Source: Macrostomum lignano
Lineage: Eukaryota
DNA: 64,000 nt
Direction of reading: 5' to 3'
Assembly (NCBI GenBank): GCA_002269645.1
Contig: NIVC01000251.1
Span: 62,001 to 126,000, forward strand
Shown in pieces: positions 23,576-46,431 of the stretch. Both the position numbers and the translations under genes were made by a program. A model generated the notes under the pieces. That model saw only the letters and a list, made by a program, of their open reading frames with translations. It made no database searches and had not been told where the DNA came from. Within the stretch, counting starts at the first letter, position 1; each line of letters starts with the position of its first letter.

Positions 23576-25179
23576 TTAAATTTAAAATATTCTGCTACCA
23601 ACTACCAGTTGTAGTTTTCCATTCCGAAACCCGTGACTGGTTGATCTATTTATTAATCAATTCGTCTTATTAATAGCCAAGATGCCTAAAACTATCCAAG
23701 CTTCTAATTTTGAGCATTTGATCCCTCAATCGGAGTCTATTATGTTTGCCATTGTACTGCAATAAAAAGTTGTATATTTTTGACATTGATTCTATGCAAA
23801 TTCAGATGAGATATCTGACAATACAGACTTTATATAGCTTCATCTATATGCACTATAACTGTAGTGTATTGTCTTTGCTTCACTCTTTTGTTTCCCAGCC
23901 AGGAAAGAGATAATTTTCGCGCGCAACAAGTGAAACAATAGCAAGCGACATGTCAACCGTGCAAATCTTCCTTTTCTCTCTGTGTGGCTTTCCATTTTCT
24001 AAAAGCTCTGTCTCTTTTTCCTCTTTTAGCAGACATTGTAGAGCATTGATCGTGCTCTCGCGTGAGAAGAGGAGAGGCGAAAAATCATTTCTATATTCCT
24101 GCTGATGCTGACTGCAACTATTGCACTTTTAATACGGGATGTTAGAATGATCAGGTGAAACAAATCTTTGATGAAGCAGCCCTCATTAGTGCTAGAAATT
24201 CATTCGTCCATGTCAAGTTTACTAATCAGATGGCGAAGCATTCGTGCTTAAAGGTGGTACAGGTACATGTATAGCTACTCGCGCCCATCATTTTACTACT
24301 ATTGACTTCGTTCTTGGCTAGACGTGTTTTGTATTTTCCTATAGCATAAAGCTGTGTCTTTCTATCTAACAATATATGTAGACGTGTATTAAGCTGCTTC
24401 CAGAGCTGCTTTGTACTTTAAAATTTAGTAAAAAAGACGAATACCTACACCTTTTCCATTCAATTTCAACAAAATATGAGCTGTGTCTTCGTCAGACACT
24501 CGTCCGTATGGCCCTCGGGGTTCAACATCATCATCTGCGTCACCGTTTTTTTCAATTCTTCATCTGCTTCTGTGAACATCTCGTCGCTCATTCTTCTTTT
24601 TTGTTAACATGAAGCTTCTGTCTTCTGGAAGCGAACTTCAAGAAGAGCAACACTCAGTTTACAGTGAGGAATGTAATAGAGAGTCATACATAGGCAGTTT
24701 AAAGTATTTTTTGTTAGCTTGAGAGGGGCTATTGAAGATTGATGCAGTACAGTGTACACTAAAAATATGCGTCAAAAATGTTGTGCTGAAATTGAATGCC
24801 GCATGCCGACATTGAATGGGTCCTCCTTGTGGAATTCGAATGATGGTTGAAGTAGCTAAATATAAAATGATGAAATTGAATGCGAGTTTGATTGAAATTG
24901 AGCGGAAAAGGTGTAGTAGGCCTGACCTTTGGGAATGCCGGTAACAATATCAGGATTTGTTTCTACGGATGTGAAGATAACATTAATAAGAAGCATTGTA
25001 TTTTAAGGCTATAGCTCATTTTTTTACTTATCCAGAACTCACCTCAAAATAGCTATTTCAGACGTGAATGAGAAAATTCCTGCTAAATGTACCTGTATGC
25101 GCTATGCTAGTTCTGGGAGTATTGTTTGACTGACTTTGTGTATAATATTTTGTGTGTGAAATAGTACAAAGGACTAGTA

Positions 25180-26172
25180 CGATTGCCCCCCCTTTTGAAG
25201 TATTTAGTACAATATAGACTAGCACCATTGCCCCCTCTGTAGTATTTAGTACAATAGACTAGCACCATTGCCCCACTCTGTAGTATTTATTACAATAGAC
25301 TAGCACCATTGCCCCACTCTGTAGTATTTAGTACAATAGACTAGCACCATTGCCCCACTCTGTAGTATTTATTACAATAGACTAGCACCATTGCCCCACT
25401 CTGTAGTATTTAGTACAATAGACTATCACCATTGCCCCACTCTGTAGTATTTAGTACAATAGACTAGCACCATTGCCCCACTCTGTAGTATTTAGTACAA
25501 TAGACTAGCACCATTGCCCCACTCTGTAATATTTAGTACAATAGACTAGTACCATTGCCCCACTCTGTAGTATTTAGTACAATAGACTAGCACCATTGCC
25601 CCACTCTGTAGTATTTAGTACAATAGACTAGTACCATTGCCCCACTCTAGTATTTAGTACAATAGACTAGCACCATTGCCCCACTCTGTAGTATTTATTA
25701 CAATAGACTAGCACCATTGCCCCACTCTGTAGTATTTAGTACAATAGACTAGCACCATTGCTCCCTTCTGTAGTATTTAGTACAATAGACTAGCACCATT
25801 GCCCCCTCTGTAGTATTTAGTGCAATAGACTAGCACCATTGCCCCACTCTGTAGTGTTTAGTACAATAGACTAGCACCATTGCCCCACTCTGTAGTATTT
25901 AGTACAATAGACTAGCACCATTGCCCCCTCTGTAGTATTTAGTACAATAGACTAGCACCATTGCCCCCTCTGTAGTGTTTAGTACAATAGACTAGCACCA
26001 TTGCCCCCTCTGTAGTATTTAGTACAATAGACTAGCACCATTGCCCCCTCTGTAGTATTTAGTACAATAGACTAGCACCATTGCCCCACTCTGTAGTATT
26101 TAGTACAATAGACTAGCACCATTGCCCCCCTCTGTAGTATTTAGTACAATAGACTAGCACCATTGCCCCACT
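25180..26172. repeat. 41-bp minisatellite (GTAGTATTTAGTACAATAGACTAGCACCATTGCCCCACTCT), about 24 copies
   Basis: Direct reading. Confidence 0.96.
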
Positions 26173-26482
26173 CCGAGGAGTAAATGTTGGCTAAACACCA
26201 ATAATGCAGCCCTGTTTTATACATGCTGCCATAGATTTCAAAAGTATTTTTCGAATTAATGGATGGATGATAAACAAAACTCGTCTAGAAAGGACTGGAT
26301 TTGCTGAGTTTGAAACAGCCAATGACTGATGCTCCAAGCAGCTGTACTCTAATGGCAAGGCCGTTCACAGCCTTTTAAAACATTATAACCTCTCAGTTCA
26401 CCCTCACTGTTCTGTTTGGGAATCATAAACTCTAACGAGTAATATCCAGCCTATCGATTCACTGGCACCTGGCATCGCCATC

Positions 26483-37188
<10,706 letters not shown>

Positions 37189-37314
37189 AAATGTCTCAGT
37201 TGTTTTTATATGGATTCATATCAAAATCCATCTCTGTTTCTTGTAATGCATGCATTCTTAACCAAGCGGTCCCACTTGCAGTCACACACCGGAGTCTCAC
37301 CACACAGCCTCTCG

Positions 37315-37822
37315 ACCACAGAGACTCTTACCTCAGAATCTCTCATTCCAGAATCTCTCATTCCAGAATCTCTCATTCCAGAGACTCTCACCTCAAAATC
37401 TCTCATTCTAGAGACTCTCACCTCAGAATCTCTCATTCCAGAGACTCTCACCTCAGAATCTCTCATTCCAGAGACTCTCACCTCAGAATCTCTCATTCCA
37501 GAGACTCTCACCTCAGAATCACTCATTCCAGAGACTGTCATCCTAGAATCTCTCATTCCAGAGACTCTCATCCCAGAATCTCTCATTCCAGGGACTCTCA
37601 CCCCAAAATCTCTTTTCCCAGAGACTCTCACCTCAGAATCTCTCATTCCAGAGACTCTCACCTCAGAATCTCTCATTTCAGAGACTCTCATCCCAGAATC
37701 TCTCATTCCAGGAACTCTCACCTCAGAATCTCTCATTCCAGGGACTCTCATCCCAAAATCTCTCATTCCAGAGACTCTCACCTAAGAATCTCTCATTCCA
37801 GGGACTCTCATCCCAAAATCTT
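37315..37822. repeat. 30-bp minisatellite (AGAGACTCTCACCTCAGAATCTCTCATTCC)
   Basis: Direct reading; about 17 copies. Confidence 0.95.
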
Positions 37823-38229
37823 TTTACCCCTTATTTTGGATTATTTTTTTACACATTTAATTTAATTTCTTTTCTGTCTGTCTGTCTTACTAGACAACCA
37901 ATTTTAATCAGGTGACGATGGTAAGCTGTACGTATCATAATAATTCAATTGTCAAACTGTTAATTGTGGCATTTTGTATTGTCTAACGCTCGTAATGGTA
38001 GTTAGCAGTTTGCGATTCTTTCGAAAAAAATCCGTGCGTTGACGTTTGTCATAAATAAATTTATTAATTAAATTCAAAAATTTTGTGCTTAAGCTCTCAA
38101 GGATAACTCCTTGTACTCCAGTTACTCCAGTACAGTGGCGTAGTTAGTTAAATCTAAATTAAACCAAAGGAACCAAGGCTTGACGAATGAAAGGAGCTCA
38201 ACTCTTGCCACCTCTCGGATCTGGTTTCC

Positions 38230-38520
38230 ACCGGCACAGGAGACAGGGGTAGAGGTTCCAGAGACAGGGGTAGAGGTTCCAGAGACAGGGGTAGAGGTTC
38301 CAGAGACAGGGTAGAGGTTCCAGAGACAGGGGTAGGGGTGCCAGAGACAGGGGTAGAGGTGCCAGAGACAGGGGCGCCCACCAAGAGACAGGGACACCCA
38401 CCAAGAGACAGGGACACCCACCAAGAGACAGGGACACCCACCAAAAGACAGGGACACCCACCAAGAGACAGGGACACCCACCAAGAGACAGGGGTGCCCA
38501 CCAAGAGACAGGGGTGCCCA
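38230..38520. repeat. Two adjacent 21/20-bp arrays (CCAGAGACAGGGGTAGAGGTT; CCACCAAGAGACAGGGACAC)
   Basis: Direct reading; they share an AGAGACAGGG core. Confidence 0.9.
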
Positions 38521-38629
38521 CATTAAAATTGTTTAAATTGGCTTGAACTCGTCGCTGCACTACAATCAGTAGGCCAAATTGAATTTTTAAATTGAAATTT
38601 TCGTTTAAACCAAGGACCACTAGAAGTTA

Positions 38630-39540
38630 CCTCCCTCCTCTCCTCTCCCCTCCTCTCCTCTCCCCTCCTCTCCTCTCCCCTCCTCTCCTCTCCTCTCCTC
38701 TCCTCTCCCCTCCTCTCCTCTCCCCTCCTCTCCTCTCCCCTCCCCTCCTCTTCTCTCCCCTCTTCTCTCCCCTCCTCTTCTCTCCCCTCCTCTTCTCTCC
38801 CCTCCTCTTCTCTCGTCATATCACAGAATATCACAAACCCGAAATATCATAAACCCGAAATATCACAAACCCGAAATATCCTAAACCCGAAATAGCATAA
38901 ACCCGAAATATCATAAACCCGAATATCATAAACCCGAGATATCAAACCCGAAATATCATAAACCCGAAATAGCATAAACACGAAATAGCATAAACACGAA
39001 ATATCATAAAGCCGAAATATCACAAACCCGAAATATCATGAACCGAAATAGCATAAACCCGAAATATCAAACCCGAAATATCATAAACCCGAAATAGAAT
39101 AAACACGAAATATCATAAACCCGAAATATCATAAACCCGAAATATCACAAACCCGAAATATCATAAACCCGAAATAGCATAAACCCGAAATATCAAACCC
39201 GAAATATCATAAACCCGAAATAGCATAAGCTCGAAATATCAAACCCGAAATATCATAAACCCGAAATATCATAAACCCGAAATAGCATAAACCCGAAATA
39301 TCAAACCCGAAATATCATAAACCCGAAATATCAAACCCGAAATAGCACAAACCCGAAATATCATAAACCCGAAATATCATAAACCCGAAATATCATAAAC
39401 CCGAAATATCATAAACCCGAAATATCACAAACCCGAAATATCATAAACCCGAAATATCACAAACCCGAAATATCACAAACCCGAAATATCATAAACCCGA
39501 AATATCACAAACCCGAAATATCACAAACCCGAAATTTCAC
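38630..39540 (+). repeat. (CTCCT)-type pyrimidine tract (38630-38812) followed by 16-bp array TATCATAAACCCGAAA (38818-39540)
   Basis: Direct reading. Confidence 0.95.
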
Positions 39541-39544
39541 AGAA

Positions 39545-40210
39545 CAGAGCAGCAGGCTGAGGTCGCCGTGGGGCCGGAGGTTCCACTCGAGCCAAGGCTG
39601 GCTCGACCAGTTCTTTTGCTGGTCCCGTGCTCGTGGCCCCCAACCCCACCCCCATCGCCGTTGTCACCACTCGGATCAACCAGTGGGTGGCTTCAAAGCA
39701 TAGGGAGAGGTAGGCTGACGCCCCCGACTGCCGGCAATCCCACGCGGCTGTCCTGTCCTTCCTCCGCCCTGCGCAGGGCCCTGCTTGGACTCAACTGCAG
39801 GGACATCAGGGCGGTGACCATGGCCCTCTCGGGTCATGGCTGCTTTGCCAGGCATCGCCACCTCCAGGAGAAAATCCGCAGTGAGGAATGCCCATTCTGC
39901 CTCTCCGGTGTCGAGAATGCGGAGCACTTCATCTGTGAATGCCCCGCCTTTACTCAGGACAGGCTCACCTACCTCGGCCCAAACCCGGACCTCTCCGACG
40001 TTTTAAGGCCCGAGAATTTCTGCCAGCTCGTCCGCTACCTAAGGGCTACCGGGCGAGCGACAATCCACCTCCTGGACTCCCCGGAGGGGGACCGCGCTGC
40101 GGACACCGGCGCCACCGGAACTCCCTGCGCGACACCGCAGCATTAGACAACACCGCTGCATGCAGATGCTGGGACCCCCTGCAGCTCAGTCATGCAAGTC
40201 AAGTCAAGGG
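39545..40210 (+). mobile_element. 5'-truncated non-LTR retrotransposon 3' fragment (post-RNase H region plus CCHC knuckle; I/R1/LOA-type)
   Basis: ALSGHGCFARH...CPFC...ENAEHFICECPAF..DRLTYLG is the typical C-terminal zinc motif; frameshifted upstream. Confidence 0.85.
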
Positions 40211-40750
40211 CCAGATAGATAAAAAATCTAAAGCACATGGCTGCGGGCCGTGAAGAGAAAGAAGACAGCTGAGAAAAGACACACGCCTTGAGCAGGCTGG
40301 ATTGCTATTGTGAAGCTTCAAAGGACCCGGGGGGCGGAAAGAGAGGCTTTTAGCCCCCATAGATGGTAGACTGAGGTTGGAATTGAGGACTTGCAGTGCC
40401 CACTCTTATACAATCGAAGCAATGTTTTCAGCGATCACTCGCGCAAATTGCAATGCCCAGGGCTTAAGACAGTAAGTCCTACGTTTATGAAGGCATCCAG
40501 AAGACGAATGTTTTAAGAGGCCAAACTTAAAGGCTGGAGAAATATTCGCTATGATTGAGTAGTTAGCCATTTTAATTCATGTTGAGCCATGGCTTGCAAC
40601 ATGGGCACGCTTCCCATCTTGCTAAACTGGGCACATGTAGTGTGAGCATCTTTTGCGTGTATTTTGTTAGTTAATTGATTGTATTAGTTTCTATATTGTT
40701 AATTATTATTTTGCTTCAATTTAGTCACGCGGTCTAATGTACTTTTTTCT

Positions 40751-41536
40751 TGTTAGTTAAAATCTAAATTTGTAAACAGTTTAGAAGTTAGACGCCAATT
40801 CTGTGACTCAGCGGAGGGTTGAGTTTTTCTGCGAACCCCAGCTTTGCGCGGCCAGCCAATCAGAACCGGCCTGGACCCTGGCACGCGGCAAGTTCCAGTT
40901 CTACCCGGCGCCGCGGGCACAGTGCAAATCGGCTTAGCGGGCGGCCGGCCAGACGACCACCACCCGGCTTGAGGGGGAGGGGGTTTTGAGGGTTTGACTC
41001 TGACTATATATGAAAGTGTGTTTGGCAATCAGATCTCACTTCTGTTTTTCCGTCCCCGGTTTTGATTTTTGTCCCGGCTTTCCGGCCGCTTGCCCTTGTT
41101 TTGGTTCGCGCTTTGAGGCGCTTGAGTTCATCACCCCCGGTCCATATTTTTGTCCCCGCCCGACCGCTTCAGTCTTGTAGCGTAACGTAGCGTAACTTCT
41201 GTCTGAAGTCATCGCTATCAAGCGCGGTTAAATAGAGACTGTCGGATCTGATCAAGTACGCGGCCTCGACCCCGAGGGCCTCAGTGTCACACTGAAGGGC
41301 AGCGCTGATAGAATTTAGTCAGTGCTCCGTTGAACGGTCAATTCGGCAGGGCTCTCGTTCGAGTGTAGGTTTTGGTTTAGGCCAGGGGTTAGGAGTCTTC
41401 TCCGTGGGCCCGTGTGCGGTTTCTTCTTCTTCAGCTGAGATCCGCTTGCCAGTTGCGTAATTAATTAGTTATTAATCGTTATTATCATCGGTGTCAATTT
41501 TATCTGCGCCGTGAATCGTATTAAGAACCCTGTAAC
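40751..41536 (+). mobile_element. Possible solo LTR or retroelement promoter segment
   Basis: Starts TGTTAG; GC-rich body with CCAAT (40856-40860) and TATATA (41005-41010); ends ...CCCTGTAAC. No clean TSD or canonical CA end verified. Confidence 0.3.
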
Positions 41537-42083
41537 TTTATATAACTTGTCAAATTAAATCGTCAAGTCAATTACTTATTAGCTATTCTCATTAGGATTA
41601 TCACTCTCTAAATCTATTCGGTTCGTGTTCCATCGCGTTCTTTCTTTTCTTGTACTGTACCTGCGGCTATTGGAGAAAGACTGGTAGGACTCGCCGACCG
41701 GCGATAGGCGATTAGGGCCAATAGCTTTAAAATCTCTGAACGCTCCAAGTAGGTTTGTTTGTCTAGGGCCTAAATAATTGCTTATCGTGCATGCTATATA
41801 CATTTATTGTATCTATCAAACACATACAATATTTTCATCAAATAGCTCTATTGTCCAGCTTCTGTGGCAAGCAGTGAGAGATGAAGAAATGGAGACCAAA
41901 TTAAAAAGCAGAGCTAGGCAATTCGCAGTCTGCGTGCCACGTAAAGAATTGCATCGAAAGCGTGCACGCGCGCTTGGTGCGTTTTAGAGAGAGTTGTTTA
42001 TAAAAGCAGCTGACCCGAAGCAGCGCATTTCTGTTTCAATTAGGAAAGATTAAATTTTATTCAGGCCTCACAAAACCAAACAC

Positions 42084-42278
42084 ATGAAGATGTAACTTGG
42101 CATCGCACTGCTGTTGACCCTGTTCCTGGTGTCCGAACTGGCAGCCAGCAACCAGTGGGAGCAGCCGGACGAGCCCGACACGCTTGACGCCCTCGCAAGC
42201 GTTATCAAACATTGTGAAACACGACTGAAAACTGTTTTTTATTTACAGGCTAACACCATACGGACTAATAGCAACTAA
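42084..42278 (+). pseudogene. Small secreted-peptide-like gene with premature TAA at codon 4
   Basis: MKM*LGIALLLTLFLVSELAASNQWEQPDEPDTLDALASVIK...; TATAAAA at 41999-42005 and an acceptor-like ttttattcag upstream. Confidence 0.45.
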
Positions 42279-42569
42279 AGTGCTATTACTAACAATTATA
42301 ATAAAGTAATTTGTTCACTAAGTTATGTGAACACACGTAGGCAGGGGGGGTTACTGTCTTTGTATTTTGCTTCCATCGCTAACATCAGAGATGGATTCAT
42401 GTCTCTGGCGCCCTCCCTAAAGTGAATCCTGGCTACACACCTGCACATAGGGAGATCAAAAACCGTTCTTTTCTTTCATTGTTAGAAAGTTAAGATAGCT
42501 GTGTCAGAGTTCGTCTACTAATGAGTAGAAAGTATAGAATGTGACTCGAAAGATGTCAAAGAAATGGCG

Positions 42570-43142
42570 CCCATGACAGAGTGCGGAGTTTTAAAGTATC
42601 TAAGTATACGAGCGTAGTCTTCGGTGTCGAATACGGAGACTCGTTTGGTAGCCCGGAGAAACCGGGTGAGCCGTGGGATGTTCTCGGGCCGGCAAGCGTC
42701 GTTCAGGGACGGGTTGGGCCCGAGGTGGTTGAGCCGGTCTCAGTTGAAGGCCGGGCAGTGGCAGACGAAGTGCTTGGCGTCTTAGTTCTCAAGGTTGCAG
42801 AAGGGGCAGAGTTCGCTCAGCGGGCGCTTCGGAGGAAGCAGTGCCTGGCAAAGCAACCGTGACCCGTGAAGATCATAGTGAGAGCGCGGATATCTTTTCG
42901 ATTTGGTTCAAAAGATTTTCTGCAGCTTGGGGGACGGGTTGGGCACTGCCGCACGGGATTTTGGCGGCAGTTGGAAATGCCATCCCATCTGCGCAGGTGC
43001 CAGGATGTCCGCCCAGTCGTTAATCTGACGATTAATGACCGTGGCGGGGATGGGGGCCAGAGGCACGGGGCCAAGGAGCGAGCTGGAGCTACCCGTCTTA
43101 GCGAGGGAGTCAGCGAGCTCGTTACCTTGCGTGTCCTGGGAC
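42570..43142 (-). mobile_element. Second, diverged non-LTR 3' fragment of the same type, inverted
   Basis: Minus strand, with frameshifts: VPGH..GNELADSLAK (RNase H end), RKDIRALTMIFTGHGCFARH, KHFVCHCPAF..DRLNHLGPNP. Confidence 0.85.
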
Positions 43143-44707
43143 CCTCCTCTTCTCTCCCCTCTTCTCTCCCCTCCTCTTCTCTCCCCTCCTCTTCTCTCCC
43201 CTCTTCTCTCCCCTCCTCTTCTCTCCCCTCCTCTTCTCTCCCCTCCTCTTCTCTCCCCTCTTCTCTCCCATCCTCTTCTCTCTCCTCCTCTCCCTCATCT
43301 TCTCTCCCCTCCTCTTCTCTCCCCTCTTCTCCTCTCCCCTCCTCTCCTCTCCCCTCCTCTCCCCTCCTCTTCTCTCCCCTCCTCTCCTCTCCCCTCCTCT
43401 CCTCTCCCCTCCTCTCCTCTCCCCTCTTCTCTCTCCTCTTCTCTCCCCTTCTCTTCTCTCCCCTCCTCTTCTAAATAGGAAGATTACTTAGAAACGTGTC
43501 TGTCTGCTCTGCTCTCTGTGTAAATTCAAGGGTCGTCATCACAAACCCGAAACATCACAGCTCCGAAAACACTTCCCATTATAAACCCGAAATATCATTA
43601 CTCCGAAAGATCTCGAACGCCCAATGGTTTTTGTTTTTCGGGTTTGTGATGTTTCGGGTTTATGATATTTTGGGTTTATGATATTTCGGGTTTATGATAT
43701 TTCGGGTTTATGATATTTCGGGTTTATGATATTTCGGGTTTATGATATTTCGGTTTTATGATATTTCGGGTTTATGATATTTCGGTTTTATGATATTTCG
43801 GGTTTATGATATTTCGGGTTTATGATATTTCGGGTTTATGATATTTCGGGTTTATGATATTTCGGGTTTATGATATTTCGAGTTTATGATATTTCGGGTT
43901 TATGATATTTCGGGTTTATGATATTTCGGGTTTATGATATTTCGGGTTTATGATATTTCGGGTTTATGATATTTCGGGTTTATGATATTTCGGGTTTATG
44001 ATATTTCGGGTTTATGATATTTCGGGTTTATGATATTTCGGGTTTATGATATTTCGGGTTTATGATATTTCGGGTTTATGATATTTCGGGTTTATGATAT
44101 TTCGGGTTTATGATATTTCGGGTTTATGATATTTCGGGTTTATGATATTTCGGGTTTATGATATTTCGGGTTTATGATATTTCGGGTTTATGATATTTCG
44201 GGTTTATGATATTTCGGGTTTATGATATTTCGAGTTTATGATATTTCGGGTTTATGATATTTCGGGTTTATGATATTTCGGGTTTATGATATTTCGGGTT
44301 TATGATATTTCGGGTTTATGATATTTCGGGTTTATGATATTTCGGGTTTATGATATTTCGGGTTTATGATATTTCGGGTTTATGATATTTCGGGTTTATG
44401 ATATTTCGGGTTTATGATATTTCGGGTTTATGATATTTCGGGTTTATGATATTTCGGGTTTATGATATTTCGGGTTTATGATATTTCGGGTTTATGATAT
44501 TTCGGGTTTATGATATTTCGGGTTTATGATATTTCGGGCTTATGATATTTCGGGTTTATGATATTTCGGGTTTATGATATTTCGGGTTTATGATATTTCG
44601 GGTTTATGATATTTCGGGTTTATGATATTTCGGGTTTATGATATTTCGGGTTTATGATATTTCGGGTTTATGATATTTCGGGTTTATGATATTTCGGGTT
44701 TGTGATG
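43143..44707 (-). repeat. Pyrimidine tract (43143-43471), short forward 16-mer copies (43537-43610) and long inverted 16-bp array TTTCGGGTTTATGATA (43640-44707)
   Basis: Reverse complement of the 38818-39540 array. CATCACAAACCCGAAA at 43537 and TTTCGGGTTTGTGATG ending 44707 form inverted ends. Confidence 0.93.
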
Positions 44708-45329
44708 CCCCCGCCCCTCCAATACAAAGGACCTGGACCTGGCCGAGTTTAACGTTTGGTTATGCCACCTTGATATCATGGCTGATCTCACATGAATTTG
44801 TCTCCAACTTTTGTAACAATAAACATGAATCAATTTTACACGGAGGAAAAACCGTTTAATCCTCCATCTTCACTGGATGGAGGGCTTTCATTTCAGGAGG
44901 TGCCATTCCGTTTTAGAGGGCGCCATTTCCATTGAGGAGCGCCATTTCATTTGAAAAGGCGCCATTTCGTTTGAGGGGGCGCTATTTAATTTGAGGGGGC
45001 GCCATTTAATTTGAGGGGGCGCCATTTCAGTTGAGGGGGCACCATTTCATTTGAGAAAACGCCCTGCCATTTCAAGACATGCTCCAGACACCAACAACCC
45101 CCTTCCATGCACTCAGAACACTCAGCCCCAAATGAGCGCAGCCAATGAGGTTGAGTCTACTCAATCCCGGCCAACCCCGCTCACTCCCTGCACTCAAAGC
45201 CTCACGTAGGGCCAATAAAATCCCTCTTGAGCCATTTATTAACAAGAATCCCAACAAAAACAGCAACACGAGAGACTGTGGGAGTTCTGAGTTTTGTAGA
45301 AGACAAGAAAACAGAAATCAACTCCAATC

Positions 45330-46388
45330 ATGTTCGGCATGGAAGCCATTTTGAACGAAGCTGACGACTGCAAACGTGCATCTGCCGCTCTACAAAAGAA
45401 ACTTGACGAGCATCTAATTGATGAAGAAGAAGATGCTGTTGATGTTGAATTAGCCAAAGAGAATGACTCCGATAAGGAGTTGCCTGCAGTGCCAGCGACC
45501 GCCTCTGCTACTTCGACTGGAGCAGGACTCAAATTTGGAATGTCGGCAATTCTTGGCGAATCAATGACGGCTCAATGTGAGTAGCAATTTAATTGATTTG
45601 TGCAACAATGCATAACAGGTAGCAGAATCTAACTGTATCTACCTAATAAACTACCATCTAACTAATAAACTACCTTCTACCTAATAAACTACCATCTACC
45701 TAATAAACTACCTTCTACCTAATAAACTACCATCTACCTAATAAACTACCATCTACCAAATAAACTACAATCTACCTAATAAACTACCATCTACCTAATA
45801 AACTACCATCTACCTAATAAACTACCATCTACCTAATAAACTACAATCTACCTAATAAACTACCTTCTACCTAATAAACTACCTTCTACCTAATAAACTA
45901 CCTTCTACCTAATAAACTACCTTCTACCTAATAAACTACCATCTACCTAATAAACTACCATCTACCAAATAAACTACAATCTACCTAATAAACTACCATC
46001 TACCTAATAAACTACCATCTACCTAATAAACTACCATCTACCTAATAAACTACAATCTACCTAATAAACTACCATCTACCTAATAAACTACCATCCACCT
46101 GCTAAAAACTACAATCTACCAAATAAACTAAAATCTACCTGAAAAACGACAATCTAAAATCTTATCTAATAATCTAGAATATAGAATTCATACAATTATT
46201 CAATTTAAAATTTATCAAATCTATCTACCTTAAGTGCAACCAGACCTGCAAACTGTCTAACCACCCAGTACATACCGCTCAAAAAAACAATTTTCAGCCA
46301 CTTCATCCTCTGCTGCGTTGCCGCCACCGCCTCCCACACTTCTGCCACCTCTGCTATTCGCTGGAGACCTGAGACACCTCATGTTTCT

Positions 46389-46431
<43 letters not shown>

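Noticed and set aside
24440-24925. About 30-bp imperfect inverted repeat (GAAATTGA..GGAAAAGGTGTAG) enclosing coding-like text
   Set aside because: Too degenerate, no TSD, and no identifiable product.
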